Positions 10,499 to 21,369 are shown, counted from the first letter of the stretch. The stretch: DNA of 64,000 bases from Pelagomonas calceolata (GCA_918797485.1 CAKKNE010000001.1:1116001-1180000), one strand, 5' to 3'. Notes: generated by a model from the sequence alone, not told the origin. A program made the numbers and translations.

Positions 10499-11226
10499 AT
10501 GCAGCTCGCGAGGTTCTTAGTCATCGGTGCGACCGCGCGCGCGTTCGCGCCGGCGCCGCGCGCGCCGACGCCAGTGAGGTTACATGGTGCCTATGAGGAC
10601 GCCGTCCGCAGCAGCGCGTATAATGAAGCCTTCGCCCAGAAGCATGGACGCAGACGTCGTCGACGGCCGCACGACACAAAATCACACGCAACACACAGGT
10701 CGCCGAGGCCAAGTCCTTCTCCGTCGGGTCCCCCGAGGCCCGGGCCGCCTGGGCCGCCGTCGAGGAGATCGAGGGCGCGGACAACTCCGCGGCCACGAAA
10801 CCAAGTTTAGCGGACGAGTGCGACGCGCTCAACCCGTCGAAGGAGTGCCGCGAGTACGCGAACAGTATGGCGGAGTTGGAGGCGATCCTCGCCTCCTCAA
10901 AAGCGAAGAGCGACTCCATCAAGGTGCAAGTGTCAAAGTTCGCCCAGACGCCGCTGCCGTCGTCGTCTTCCTCATCCCCTGCGGAAACGCCCGGCGCGGC
11001 GGCCGCCGTCGCCGCCGCGGAGAAGGCGTCCTCGGAATTCGGGCCGACGTCCTCGGAAGCCAAGGCCGCCTGGGCCGTCGTCGAGGAGATCAACGATTCA
11101 TTAGATGCGCCGGCGGCGGCGCTCCCGGGCCTCGACCAGGATTGTGTGGTCGCCGCTTTGGAGAAGTGCCGCGAGTTCGACGCGGCGATGGCGTCGCTCG
11201 AAAAGTCGCTCGCGGCGATGAAGTGA
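10499..11226 (+). CDS. CP12-like plastid protein with two CP12-type repeats; exons 10499-10603, 10699-11226
   Basis: ARAFAP leader; GT-AG intron 10604-10698 restores the frame; EARAAWAAVEEI and EAKAAWAVVEEI are each followed by a C..CRE(Y/F) cysteine pair. Confidence 0.8.
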
Positions 11227-11886
11227 GTCTTGCACGTCGCCGTCGTGTGTAAGAGTGGCCTTAGGAGTTTGTCGTTTTTTCGCGGCGCTGCGTCGCTCGC
11301 GTGATGGTGTGCGTGCGAAGTTAGCTCGCGCAGCTCGACGGCGTCGCATCCTAGGAATGGTTTCTTGGTTGCCACTGGCTGTGACAGCCGCTTGTCCCAA
11401 AGCGCAGAAAACCCGAACGAAAAGGCTAATGCACCCTTTCTTCGAGTTTTCCGTCTTCTGGCCACTCTAGAGTTCTCCTGCGACAGCTCCGGCGCTTGTC
11501 TGCGTCCCGTCTGCGTCCCGCGCCGATTTGGTGTGTTTTGGGGCTCGATCAAAGCGACCCTGCCAAAATCACGCTAGGTGGCACGCTCACGGGATTACGG
11601 TACGCAGCAGGCAAGTTCAGTCGGGCACCAAAACGTGCGCGGAACAGCTTGAGCGGTACCGCAGGAGCAAACGAGTAATCGCTCTCCCAAACTCGGCAGG
11701 CCAAACAGCTGCGCTCGCTTGCGGCTGGCCAAGCGGAGTCCCACAGCCCGTTCAAGGCTTGCAAAAGAACGCGCAAGTCGCCGCTAAGTCGCCGCTTCTA
11801 GAGCGCGACCGCTTTTGCTGACGCGCGCGCACGAGCCGCGTCGCCAGCAGCAAAGCGAAGAAAGGATTCCGCCGCCGCGGGGCAAG

Positions 11887-13296
11887 ATGCCGGCGGCCCG
11901 CGTCGCGCGTCCGGCGCCCGTCGCGCTCAAGCCGCCGGGCCTGCAGAGCCCGGCGGGCCTGCAGCGCCCGGCGCCGCGCGCGGCCGCCGCGCCGCGCGCC
12001 GCGCGGCCGCCGCCGCGCGCCGCGCCGCCGGGCCTGGCCAAGCCCGCGCCCGCGGCCAAGCCCGCGCCGCCCAGGCCGCCGCCCAAGGCGCCGAGCCCGC
12101 GGCCCGAGAACCCGGGCCCCAACGGCCCGCGGGCGACCGGCACGGTCAAGACCAAGAAGGAGGGCGTGCACAAGTGGAAGAACAAGGGCGACAAGTACGT
12201 CAGCGGCTTCATCGCTCCCGACGACGGCTCCGAGGACATCTTCTTCATGTCTCGAGGTGATGATGGCCTTCTACTAGAAGTCGGCCAGCGCGTGAGCTAC
12301 GTCCAGGAGACGAACGCCAGGGGCCCCATCGCCCACTACGCCAAGCCGATCGAGGACGACGCCGCGGCGCCCGCGCCGGCCGACTTCCCCGCTTTGTCGA
12401 AGCCGGGGCCCTGGGGCACGGCTACTTCTCCGAAGGCGGCGCCCCCGAAGCCGCCTGTACAACCGGTGAAGAAGCCCAAGCTGCGCGGCACGGTCACGGC
12501 GGTCAGACCGCGCGAGGCGCCGTCGTACGGCTTCGTGCGGCCGGACGCGGGCGGCGACGACGTCTTCGTGGCGTTCGTGGACGTCGAGAGCGCGCCGGGC
12601 AAGTTGGCGGAAGGCGACCGCGTCGACTACGAATTGGTGCCGAACGCGGGCGCCCGCAAGTCGAACCGGACGTCGGGCGACCCGAAGTACGCCGTCAAGT
12701 GCGGCCACGTCGTCGTCCTGCCCAAGGGCGCGCCGAAACTCGGCGCGCCCAAGGCGTCCGCAGGGCCGGCGCACCTGCGCCGCGCGCCGCCGCCTCCCTC
12801 CGTCGGCAAGATTTTGAGGGATAAGGCCACGGGCCAGCTGCTCGCGCCGGCGCAGCAGGAGCGCGCGCAGCTCCAGGCCGCCATGCAGGCGTCGGCGCGC
12901 GAGTACGAGGCCGACCAGCTGCGCCAGGCCCAACGCCTGTCCATCGGCGACCGGCGGCGCCAGGGCTCGCCGCGCGCGCCTTCTGTTCAGGATGTGGACG
13001 AGGACCAGCTCGCCGCCGAGTTGGAATCTTTACGTGAGAAGCACGACCGCGAGCTCGCGAATTTACGGACGTCGCACAACCGCGAGATGGGCCAGCTCCA
13101 GGACCGCCACGCGGCTTTGAGGGACCCCGTCGGCGCTTTACTCTCAACTACGGGTTGCGGCCAGTACCGCCAGAAGTTCGCCGAGCAGGACATTGTGTCA
13201 AAAGCGGACTTCGACATGCTGCGCATGGAGGACCTGTTGGAGGTCGGGCTCGAGCAGCGCGAGGCCGACGCGCTGGCCGCGGCGCTCGGCATTTGA
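11887..13296 (+). CDS. Protein with two cold-shock domains, UIM-like segment, coiled coil and C-terminal SAM-like domain
   Basis: GFIAPDDGSEDIFF and YGFVRPDAGGDDVFV (CSDs); QLQAAMQASARE; GCGQYRQKFAEQDI..DLLEVGL (SAM-like). Confidence 0.8.
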   Translation: MPAARVARPAPVALKPPGLQSPAGLQRPAPRAAAAPRAARPPPRAAPPGLAKPAPAAKPAPPRPPPKAPSPRPENPGPNGPRATGTVKTKKEGVHKWKNKGDKYVSGFIAPDDGSEDIFFMSRGDDGLLLEVGQRVSYVQETNARGPIAHYAKPIEDDAAAPAPADFPALSKPGPWGTATSPKAAPPKPPVQPVKKPKLRGTVTAVRPREAPSYGFVRPDAGGDDVFVAFVDVESAPGKLAEGDRVDYELVPNAGARKSNRTSGDPKYAVKCGHVVVLPKGAPKLGAPKASAGPAHLRRAPPPPSVGKILRDKATGQLLAPAQQERAQLQAAMQASAREYEADQLRQAQRLSIGDRRRQGSPRAPSVQDVDEDQLAAELESLREKHDRELANLRTSHNREMGQLQDRHAALRDPVGALLSTTGCGQYRQKFAEQDIVSKADFDMLRMEDLLEVGLEQREADALAAALGI

Positions 13297-13492
13297 TGGC
13301 ACGCGGCGACTCGGCGCGTCCGCGCGCCGGCTGTTTGGCGGCGGAGGCGTGCGGGCGGGCGCATGCGCACCACTGGCGCGGCGACGGCCGCGTCCTTGCT
13401 AGCGCATGCGCGCTAGAGAATAAATATGAACTGACTTTGGGAGAAAGAGCGTTCGCTCCAGTTAAACATATATACTACAAGCATTTATTTAC

Positions 13493-14443
13493 TCATGGGC
13501 CCGGCGCGACGCCCCGCCCCTTCGCGTTCAGTTTGCGGATGAGCTCCGCGTCCTTGGCGTCGGCGATGGCCCGCTGGGCCATCTGCTTCGGTCGTTGGAG
13601 GTGGTTCAGCTCGCGCATGCCCGGTAAGCGCGAGACATACGCTTTTGGGGGCGGCAGATCGAGCGCCGTCATTTGGGCTTCCAGATTCTTCTGCATCCAC
13701 TTCAGGCAGTTTCTGAAGACCGAGTCGGTCACGCCATCGCTATCGTGCAAGTACCGCGCGAAGTCCCGCAACATGTCGTCCTTGGCCACGCCGTCCGGAC
13801 TCACGAAGACCACCGCCTCGGCCGGGTCCATCTTCCGTTCTTTGACGTATCCAACGAAATGTCTCAACGCATTGTTGTACTGCGACCGCAACGAGTCGGA
13901 AAACCGCAAGGACTCAAAGGCGACGTCTCGGGGGTCATGCTCGAAGCCGATCAATGACCGGTTGATCCTCGAGGTTTTTTGGCGCTTCCGAGGTGCGGCC
14001 TTCTTCTTCGGCGGCGCGGGCGGCGGCGCCACCTCAGGTTGAGGCATGTACCCGAAGAAGGCGTGGGGCGGCACCCGCGGTTGAGGTAATCCTGGTGGCG
14101 CCGCAGCGCCCGCAGCAGGTGGCACGAACTGGGGCTGCACCTGCCCGGGCTGCTGCGGCGCGAGCTGGGGCATGTAGTAGTAGCCGTAGGGCGGCATGAC
14201 CATGAGCGGCGGGTAGCCCGGCGTAGAGCCGTCGGCGGCCGGCTGGGGCATCATCATCGGAAAACCTGGTGGCAGCTGCATCATATCTGGATGGGGCGCT
14301 TCCGGTTGAGCGGGTGCCGGCGTTTGTACTGCGATTTGTACTGCGCTTCCGGGGACGTCGACGACGGGCGGTCCCAAAACACCGGGCGCGTCGGGCAGAT
14401 CCGGCAGGTCGCCGACGTCGGGGGCCGGCACGGGCTCGGCCAT
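13493..14443 (-). CDS. Hypothetical protein: P/Q-rich N-terminus, NLS, helical domain reminiscent of a tyrosine-recombinase core-binding domain
   Basis: MAEPVPAP.. Pro/Gln/Met-rich; PKKKAAPRKRQK; SLRSQYNNALRHFVGYVKER..MLRDFARYL. Confidence 0.6.
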   Translation of the reverse strand: MAEPVPAPDVGDLPDLPDAPGVLGPPVVDVPGSAVQIAVQTPAPAQPEAPHPDMMQLPPGFPMMMPQPAADGSTPGYPPLMVMPPYGYYYMPQLAPQQPGQVQPQFVPPAAGAAAPPGLPQPRVPPHAFFGYMPQPEVAPPPAPPKKKAAPRKRQKTSRINRSLIGFEHDPRDVAFESLRFSDSLRSQYNNALRHFVGYVKERKMDPAEAVVFVSPDGVAKDDMLRDFARYLHDSDGVTDSVFRNCLKWMQKNLEAQMTALDLPPPKAYVSRLPGMRELNHLQRPKQMAQRAIADAKDAELIRKLNAKGRGVAPGP

Positions 14444-15002
14444 GGCTGGTCTGTGGTGTTGCGGTGCGCTGGCGGGCCGCGGGGCGTCGGGGTTCTTCTG
14501 AGAGCCTCGTGCTGTAGGCGAGCTGCTGCCGAATCCTACGCGCTGGCGCTTGTTTCGGCTCCACAATGAGGCGGGGCAGCCTCCCTCCGTGGGGCACGTT
14601 GCTATCGAGTCCGTCCGAGCCGTTTCGTGGGGCCCAGCCGGATTGGGACCGCGAATCACGTCGATGTTGTCGAGCTCACCGTGCCGCCAACATCGACGGC
14701 CGGCTCCTTTGCCCTGGAGTAGGGGGTAATTAAATCGTCGCGCCAGGGAGCACCCGGCACATCTAACCGCACCAGGGCACCGCTCGTGACCCTCCACTCA
14801 AGTATCGGAGGCCTCCCATGCAAAAACCTGGAGCGAGCTCTCTCTGCAGCGCGGCAGACACAGCGACGTCGTGCGCGCGGCCTCCGCACGCCGGCGACGC
14901 GAAAACCACTCCCAGTGCATCAAGGTTGGCGCCTCCGGCCGCGGGCAGCCTCAGTTTCCCGGGCAGCGCCGCACCAAGGTTGTGGGCGCTGCGCCAGGCA
15001 GT

Positions 15003-17339
15003 ATGTCGGACATCAGCCACGTCCTCCGCACGGTAGACGACCTGGCGAAGCGCGTCGCACATCTGGAAGAGGAGAACAAGCAGCTCAAGCGCCAGCTGCG
15101 GCCGTCGACGGCCAATCCATCGTACGCCGACAGAGGCGGTAGCGATGGCGACGGCCGCCAGTTACCTTACCTTGGAGGGCTGCCCGGCGATCCGGTTGCG
15201 TTGGAGGCCATCGAGTCTGAATTGAGGTACCTCGCGAAGCGTTTGGACAACAACGCGGCCGAAGACGAAAAGGCGAAACAGCTCCAGGAGACGCGCGACG
15301 AGCAGCAGGACGAGCTCATCAAGATGGAGTTCCTCAAGCTCAAAAGAGACGTCGAGAAGTGCGCTCAGTCTGCTGAGGTAAGGAAGGTCAAAAATACGTT
15401 GACCGAGAAGCTTGATGAATTGCTAGAGGACGCTACATTAATAGCGAGGCAGCAGTGCGAATTGAGTACAGAAAACTTCCAGCAGGACATCACTGGGCTG
15501 ACGAAGATCTCCGAGAAGAGCATGCAGGCCGTCGACACGCTGGAAGCGAGATGTGTGGAATTGGAGTCCAAATTGGCCGACTATGATGTAAGACACTCGG
15601 ACCTCGCGTCGGCGTCTTCGAAACTGGCCATGGAGCAGAGGCGCATCGACGAGAAGGCCCGGAAGGCGTTGCGCGGGTCCTTCGAGCTTCAGAGCTCGTC
15701 GTTGGTCGCGTCGAAGGACGTGTTGGCGAGGGTGTCTGTATTAGAGGCTCGCCTCGACGACGCCTTCCCGCCGCACCGTCGTAGGAGACGACGCACGGGT
15801 ATTGATGGGACGGACATCTGGACAGGAAGTACAGATTCTCTGGAAGACCTGGCCATGGACTACGCTTCTCTCAGAGACGTCGAGCTGCTGAAACGGGCGT
15901 TGGTGAGTCGATTGTCTGAGACCGAGGACAACCAACAAAAATCAATAAAATCGATGCGGCGCGCGCGGGAATTGGACCAAGAAGCTTTGGCCGAGAAGCT
16001 CAAGAGTAGTGAGAGTTCCATAAATGACCTCACGGAGCGATTGGTCAAGGGCGAAGTCAAAAGGGAGTCCATAGAAAGGAAGCTGCGCGGGTCGCTCGAC
16101 GAGCTCGTGAACATGCGAGAATTGAGGGATCGCGTGAAGAAGTGCGAGTACGACTTTGAGACCGTAACGGATACCACTATCAAACTTACGGCCTCGATCG
16201 CGGAGAGTTGTGACGACCGATTGGCAAAGGACGCGTTGCTAGACGACAAGCTGCAGAACCTCGCGACGCTCGTCAACTCGCGGGTGGGCAAGATGGGCGA
16301 CGACCTCCTGGCGCAGGGCATGGCCTTGACGGATCGTGTGAATCAGGTCCAGGACACGACTCATAGGTCGATCCGCATCGCGGAGAATGCTGAAAAGAGA
16401 TCAGAAATTTGTGAAGAAAACGTGCAACAGGTGTCCGCGAAGGCGCTGCGGAGCGTCGCTGAGGCTAGAGAGAGTTGTCTAGATGCTGTCAATGCAGCCA
16501 CAAACGAGGTCCGGATTTGTGTCGGGAAAGCCGATAAGCTAGGTGTTTCCATCGAGGAGCGATGGTCGGAGCACGAGCGCGACTACGACGACGCCATGGC
16601 TAGGCTACATCGTTCTCTCGTAGCGCAAGCGGTCGCCGTCAAACAAATTAAGCACATGGCCGGGAGTGCGGTGCTGAAGGACATGGCCGGCGACCGCCTC
16701 GATGCGATCCTGGATGAGCACGTGTCAGAGCTAGCCAAACATTGTGTGGAAGCCGAGAGCGCCGTCATCTCCGAGCGGGAGATGTCCCTTCCTGTCAACG
16801 AACAAAAATGGCTCGCAGCTACAATACAACACTGCTCGGAAGCGCTAGCGACGCGGGCGGACTTGGAGTGTCTGCGCGGATTGATTGGTCATGTCGAACC
16901 TCCCGAAACTTCTGATTTATGGGACCAACAACTAGAGAAGAATAGAGCTAGACTATTACGTTCGTTCTGCGAGCGGCTGGACGAGGCCGCGGCCAAGCTC
17001 CATCCGACGAACGACCACATGGCCGAAGCGACGCGGCGACGCTTCAATGAGAGGCTGAAGCTCTGTTTGAGGGTCGGCCTGTCGAAGCACGATCCAGTCC
17101 GGCCGAACATGACGCTCTTCGGCAAGACGAAGCTCGGCCCGGCCTGCGTGGCCTGCGACCGGCCCTTCGATACGCCTACCGATGCTGATGCTGCGATCAC
17201 GCAGATGAAAGGTGGTTCTAAGAGTGAACCGGTGGAGCGGCGGCCGCCGCGCCTGAAAAAGGGGACGATCGTGCAACGAGCAGCTGCTCGGGGGCCCGAC
17301 GAGATGTTCTTCCCGGACGTGGGGAGCCCCGTAAGGTAG
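15003..17339 (+). CDS. Long coiled-coil protein with C-terminal CVACDRP (DUF4795/QRICH2-like) motif
   Basis: About 780 aa heptad-rich ORF; GPACVACDRPF. The 3' end may be spliced (gtaaggtag at the stop). Confidence 0.75.
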   Translation: MSDISHVLRTVDDLAKRVAHLEEENKQLKRQLRPSTANPSYADRGGSDGDGRQLPYLGGLPGDPVALEAIESELRYLAKRLDNNAAEDEKAKQLQETRDEQQDELIKMEFLKLKRDVEKCAQSAEVRKVKNTLTEKLDELLEDATLIARQQCELSTENFQQDITGLTKISEKSMQAVDTLEARCVELESKLADYDVRHSDLASASSKLAMEQRRIDEKARKALRGSFELQSSSLVASKDVLARVSVLEARLDDAFPPHRRRRRRTGIDGTDIWTGSTDSLEDLAMDYASLRDVELLKRALVSRLSETEDNQQKSIKSMRRARELDQEALAEKLKSSESSINDLTERLVKGEVKRESIERKLRGSLDELVNMRELRDRVKKCEYDFETVTDTTIKLTASIAESCDDRLAKDALLDDKLQNLATLVNSRVGKMGDDLLAQGMALTDRVNQVQDTTHRSIRIAENAEKRSEICEENVQQVSAKALRSVAEARESCLDAVNAATNEVRICVGKADKLGVSIEERWSEHERDYDDAMARLHRSLVAQAVAVKQIKHMAGSAVLKDMAGDRLDAILDEHVSELAKHCVEAESAVISEREMSLPVNEQKWLAATIQHCSEALATRADLECLRGLIGHVEPPETSDLWDQQLEKNRARLLRSFCERLDEAAAKLHPTNDHMAEATRRRFNERLKLCLRVGLSKHDPVRPNMTLFGKTKLGPACVACDRPFDTPTDADAAITQMKGGSKSEPVERRPPRLKKGTIVQRAAARGPDEMFFPDVGSPVR

Positions 17340-17529
17340 GTTTTCTTGTATATTTTTGTGCACACCGCTGCCCGCACGCCGCTTCCTAGCTACCCTCTCA
17401 AAGGGCGCTGCGGCGGCGTGGAGTCACTGGAATGTCCGCTCGACGGCGTGGCTGCCAGCCCCAACGCCATCGACGAGGTCCGGCCCGGGGGAGAGGAAAA
17501 GGGAGGCACAAAAACACAGGTCAGCATCT

Positions 17530-18096
17530 TTACCGCTGCGGCGTCGGCCGCCGCGCCGGCGCCGCGGCCGCGGACGACGCCGTCTTCTTCGCGGCCGACG
17601 GGCCGTCCGAGACCTTGGCCTTCGTGCGGGCCGCGGGCCGCGGCGCTCTGGCGGTCTTCAGCTCGGCCTTCGTCTTGGCCAGCTCCTTCTTGAGGCGCGC
17701 GGCCTCGGCGCGCGCCGCCGCGAGCGACGACTCCATATCAACCGCCTTCGCCGCGGACGCCTCGGCGGCGGCGGCGCGCTGCTCCGCCGCCGCGAGCTTC
17801 GTTTTCAGCGTCGCGACGTCGCCCTCGAGCTTCGCCACGGCGGCGGCGTTCTCGGCCGCGACGCGCTCCGACTCGGCGATGGAGTCGCGCAGCGTGGTCC
17901 GCAGCTCGCCCGTCGTCAGGCGCATCTGGCGCAGCTGCTCCAGCAGGATCCGCTCGTTGCTCTCAAATTCCAGAGTGTCGCGCTCGAGCGAGCGCACCTT
18001 CTTTGCGAGGGCTGTGGTCCTCCTCCCAAATGGCCAGATGCCATGCGCCGGTGCGGCTGCGAGCGCGCAAAGCACGACGGCGCGCACGCGAGCCAT
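17530..18096 (-). CDS. Signal-peptide coiled-coil protein
   Basis: MARVRAVVLCALAAAPAHG followed by heptad repeats. Confidence 0.65.
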   Translation of the reverse strand: MARVRAVVLCALAAAPAHGIWPFGRRTTALAKKVRSLERDTLEFESNERILLEQLRQMRLTTGELRTTLRDSIAESERVAAENAAAVAKLEGDVATLKTKLAAAEQRAAAAEASAAKAVDMESSLAAARAEAARLKKELAKTKAELKTARAPRPAARTKAKVSDGPSAAKKTASSAAAAPARRPTPQR

Positions 18097-18191
18097 GGCG
18101 CTTTCCGGGACGCGTCCTGTGCACCAGCTGGCAACAGAGGTCGCGTGGGGAGCTCGCAAAGCCAGCTCCAGTTGGAAGAGAGTTGAATTCG

Positions 18192-18213
18192 CTAGTGTGT
18201 TACAGTCCGCTAG
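18192..18213 (+). promoter_or_regulatory. CTAG-bounded intergenic motif copy
   Basis: ctagtgtgttacagtccgctag between divergent genes. Confidence 0.6.
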
Positions 18214-18423
18214 GTCGGCAATTTTTTCGCAGGCAGCGTGAAACGCTGCAGCCGCGAGCCCGGGCAGCCTGCAACTCACATTTCGCACGACTACGCCGGC
18301 GGCGGACCATCGGTGCGGTCCGGAAAGGGGCGGAACCATGCATTAAAGAAGGCTGCTCCCAGGGCAGCAGCACAGCCTCATCTCAGGAACAGCCTGCGAG
18401 GAGAAGAAGGCGCGCGTGCCATA

Positions 18424-19872
18424 ATGCGGAGCACATGCTGCGCATTCGTCGGCGTGACGACGGCCCAGCTCCTCGTGCCGCCGAAGAAGATGGTCTTTCG
18501 GACGCGCGACCCGCTCACGAACACCACCAGTAACAACTGGCGGAAGGCGTTAGCCATAGACGGCTTCCCGACCTTCATGGGAGTGGCCGAGGCCCACGAA
18601 AAGGCGGACGACGACGTCCTGGCGGCGATGCGCTGGTTCATCGTTCCCGAGACGGGCGTCGTGCTGCTCAATCCATTGGTACCATTACACTACATCTACC
18701 GGCACCAGCACAACGCCGTCGTCGGGAGCGTCTGGTCGCGTCACCATAATCAGTTCGCGCATCTGGTCGCGACGCACGCTCCTTCCGGACATATTTTGGA
18801 GATCGGCGGCGGCCACGGCTATTTGGCGGCGAAACTGTTATTTTCCGAGGCCGTGAAGCGCAGTGCCCAAATCAAATTGTCGCCGTGCGTCCGCCACTGC
18901 TGAATCAAGACCTCCACGCCATCGACGCGACGTCGGCTCGATGGCGTGGCGGTGTGGCGGTGTGGCCTTCACGCCATCGACGCGACGCCGCCTCGATGGC
19001 GTGGCGGTGTGGTCTTTCACCGATCGACTCAGCACGGCCGAAACAGGACTCACTGCTTGATGTGCGCGCAGGTCAAGCACTGGACGATGGTCGACCCGAA
19101 TCCCGTCAGCACTTTTGCTATACCAGATCTGGACATTGTCAAGTCCTACGTCGAGGACCTGGGGAAGTTACCTCATGAAATCGACTGCGTCGTGCACTCG
19201 CATACGCTGGAGCACATGTACGACCCGGCTCGATTTTTCGAGATTGTCCGCGGTTTACTATCCGAGGGTCAACTCCACATCTTCTCCGTGCCCAATTTAT
19301 TTGCGTTGGTGAACGACGGCCAGCCGTCGCTGCATTTCGAACACACCATTTTATTAAGGGAGGAGCACATCCAGTGGTTGTTAGAATCCAAGGGCTTCGA
19401 GATTGTGACAAAGCAGTACTTCGGCGGCACGCACTCCATATTTTACGTTACTAAAGCGGTGGAGCGGAAGCCAAATGGCCCGCCTCCCAATTACTTTCAT
19501 GAAAACAAGCGCGCCTTCCAGCGCTGGCACCAGCGCATCTTCGAGGACGCGGCGACGTTTAAGGGCCGCCTCGCGGAAGATAAGTCAAGGAACTTTATTT
19601 TCGCCGCGCACGTCGCGACGCAGTACCTCCTCGCGGCGGGCCTGCCCTCCGAAAGGTTCGCGGCCGTCCTCGACAACAACCAAGATAAAATAGGAAAGAG
19701 GCTGTACGGCCACGACCTCTTCGTGAGGGCGCCGGCGGCCATCAAAAATATTGATAGGCCCGTCGTCGTTCTCCGGACCGGTGTTTACGACGACGAGATC
19801 GCCGCGCAGTTGGTCGCCGTCAACCCGGGGGTCGTCATCCTCCGCGCGGCGCGCAACGCTACCGTAACTTAG
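18424..19872 (+). CDS. Class I SAM-dependent methyltransferase, NDP-sugar C-methyltransferase-like; exons 18424-18852, 19072-19872
   Basis: ILEIGGGHG, HSHTLEHMYDP, FSVPN, HFEH and C-terminal VLDNNQDKIGKRLYG. Intron removal gives FSEA|VKHWTMVDP. Confidence 0.8.
18853..19071 (+). mobile_element. Introner element, family 1 (GT-AG intron, 219 nt)
   Basis: Target duplication gtgaagcg/gtcaagca (6/8); element cagtgcccaaatcaaat...ttgatgtgcgcgcag; internal duplicated acgccatcgacgcgacg..cgatggcgtgg hairpins. Confidence 0.85.
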
Positions 19873-21191
19873 AGTGTCGTTACTACTACACCACCTGCGC
19901 GAGTCGTGGGCGCGAGATCGAGTGCCATGTTGAAGGGCGCGCGCCTCGCGTCGCAGTCCCGTCGCATACCGCTGGGCGCCCGCGCGCAGTTGAACGAGGG
20001 TCCCTCCGGCGTGACGTAGAGCTGGACGATCGGGAACGCACGTAGCCTAAAGCAGCCGAGCCCGCGCCGCCAGCCGTACTCGGGGGCGCGGCGCTCGGCG
20101 CCGAGGATGGACGCCCTCTCCTTCTTCGTATTCCCAAGACGACGCGATGGCGGGCGCCTTGGGCTCCGCGGAGGGCGACGCGGACGTCTTGGCGGGCGCG
20201 GCATCCTTCGCGGCGGGCTTCTGCCAAGCCGCCGGCACTCCCGCTCGAAGGCGGCGACCGCGAAGAACTGGTCCGCCCGGCTCCGGGGGACGAAGAAGAA
20301 CGCGTCCCATCCCTCCTCGTAGTCGCCTTCGGCTGGCTGACCGGACTTGCGTGCGAGCGTCGCGCAGTCCCCGGCACCGCGCGTAACGTTGACCCAGCCG
20401 CCTGACCTGTACTCCCGCGGAGGCTCCGCGCCGCGCGGCGGCGCGCCGATCTGTATTGGTGCGACGAGGTATAGATCCGGCCGCGTCCGGGCGATCCAGG
20501 CGAATTCCTTTCCCCTCTCACGTTCCCGCACGACGACGGCAGCAAAGCAGTGGTGCATCCAGTAGTACTGGAGCGCGGGCATGCCTCGCGGTTCAAGGCG
20601 GAGCCCGCGGCCCGGCGTCGCGCAGCAGGCCCATTTGTAATCGAACTCCGCGCACGTCGACTCCCTGGAGACGTGTATGAGGCCCGCTCCCGGATAGGTT
20701 TCGGCCAGGTACGCCTCGACGTCAAGATCCGTCGCGTTGTGGCCGGCAGATTGGCCGGCGAGCCACTGTACGCACGACACGTTCGCGTAGGGATTTCCGG
20801 AGTGTAGCCGCTGCTCGGCCCCGGGTGCGCGCCTTTGATGGCCCGGGTAGAACTTAGCGCCGCTGCAACTGTCTTCCAGGTGCACGGCGAAGAACGGCGT
20901 CGCGCCATTGGCTACGATGAAGCTCTTGAGCGCGTCGCGAATCTCGGCGCTCCGCGCGAACGCCCGCGCCGCGCCCGTGACGATCGCGGCGACGCCCTGG
21001 GCATCTCGTGTTCGACCTTTCGCCTGCGGCGGCTGCTGCGGCCGCGTGCGCTTTGCATTAATGGCCTGCTGCCGCAGCCGCGCGGAGTGTGCTCTGAAAT
21101 TGGCTCTGAAATTGTCGTGACGCCTTGAGAGCAGCCCCCCATTAACGACTGCCGCTGCGGACGCGGCGGCAACGAGGCCGCGGCTCATCAT
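19869..21191 (-). CDS. Secretory-pathway protein, putative glycosyltransferase-like (RxRPD motif)
   Basis: Hydrophobic N-terminus; AAIVTGAARAF, QYYWMHHCF, WIARTRPDLY, DAFFFVPR. Confidence 0.55.
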   Translation of the reverse strand: MMSRGLVAAASAAAVVNGGLLSRRHDNFRANFRAHSARLRQQAINAKRTRPQQPPQAKGRTRDAQGVAAIVTGAARAFARSAEIRDALKSFIVANGATPFFAVHLEDSCSGAKFYPGHQRRAPGAEQRLHSGNPYANVSCVQWLAGQSAGHNATDLDVEAYLAETYPGAGLIHVSRESTCAEFDYKWACCATPGRGLRLEPRGMPALQYYWMHHCFAAVVVRERERGKEFAWIARTRPDLYLVAPIQIGAPPRGAEPPREYRSGGWVNVTRGAGDCATLARKSGQPAEGDYEEGWDAFFFVPRSRADQFFAVAAFERECRRLGRSPPRRMPRPPRRPRRPPRSPRRPPSRRLGNTKKERASILGAERRAPEYGWRRGLGCFRLRAFPIVQLYVTPEGPSFNCARAPSGMRRDCDARRAPFNMALDLAPTTRAGGVVVTTL

Positions 21192-21348
21192 GGTGGCAGC
21201 CCTATTTACGCCATGCAGCTAATATGCCCGCGGCGACGCGCAGCATTGATGTGATCATCGCATGGGCGTCTACTCAGCCTGGCCTTCCATCCAGCCTGCA
21301 CAGCGGATGGCCCGTGCGGGCAGCCAACCTCTTCTCCTGTGAGTGATG

Positions 21349-21369
21349 CTAGTGTCTTACAGCCGCTAG
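21349..21369 (+). promoter_or_regulatory. CTAG-bounded intergenic motif copy
   Basis: ctagtgtcttacagccgctag between divergent genes. Confidence 0.6.

Noticed and set aside
10521..11552. 343-aa minus-strand ORF
   Set aside because: It is the antisense shadow of the CP12-like gene.
13399..13416. Near-palindrome ctagcgcatgcgcgctag as a promoter-motif copy
   Set aside because: It lacks the TGTCTTAC core and lies between convergent genes.
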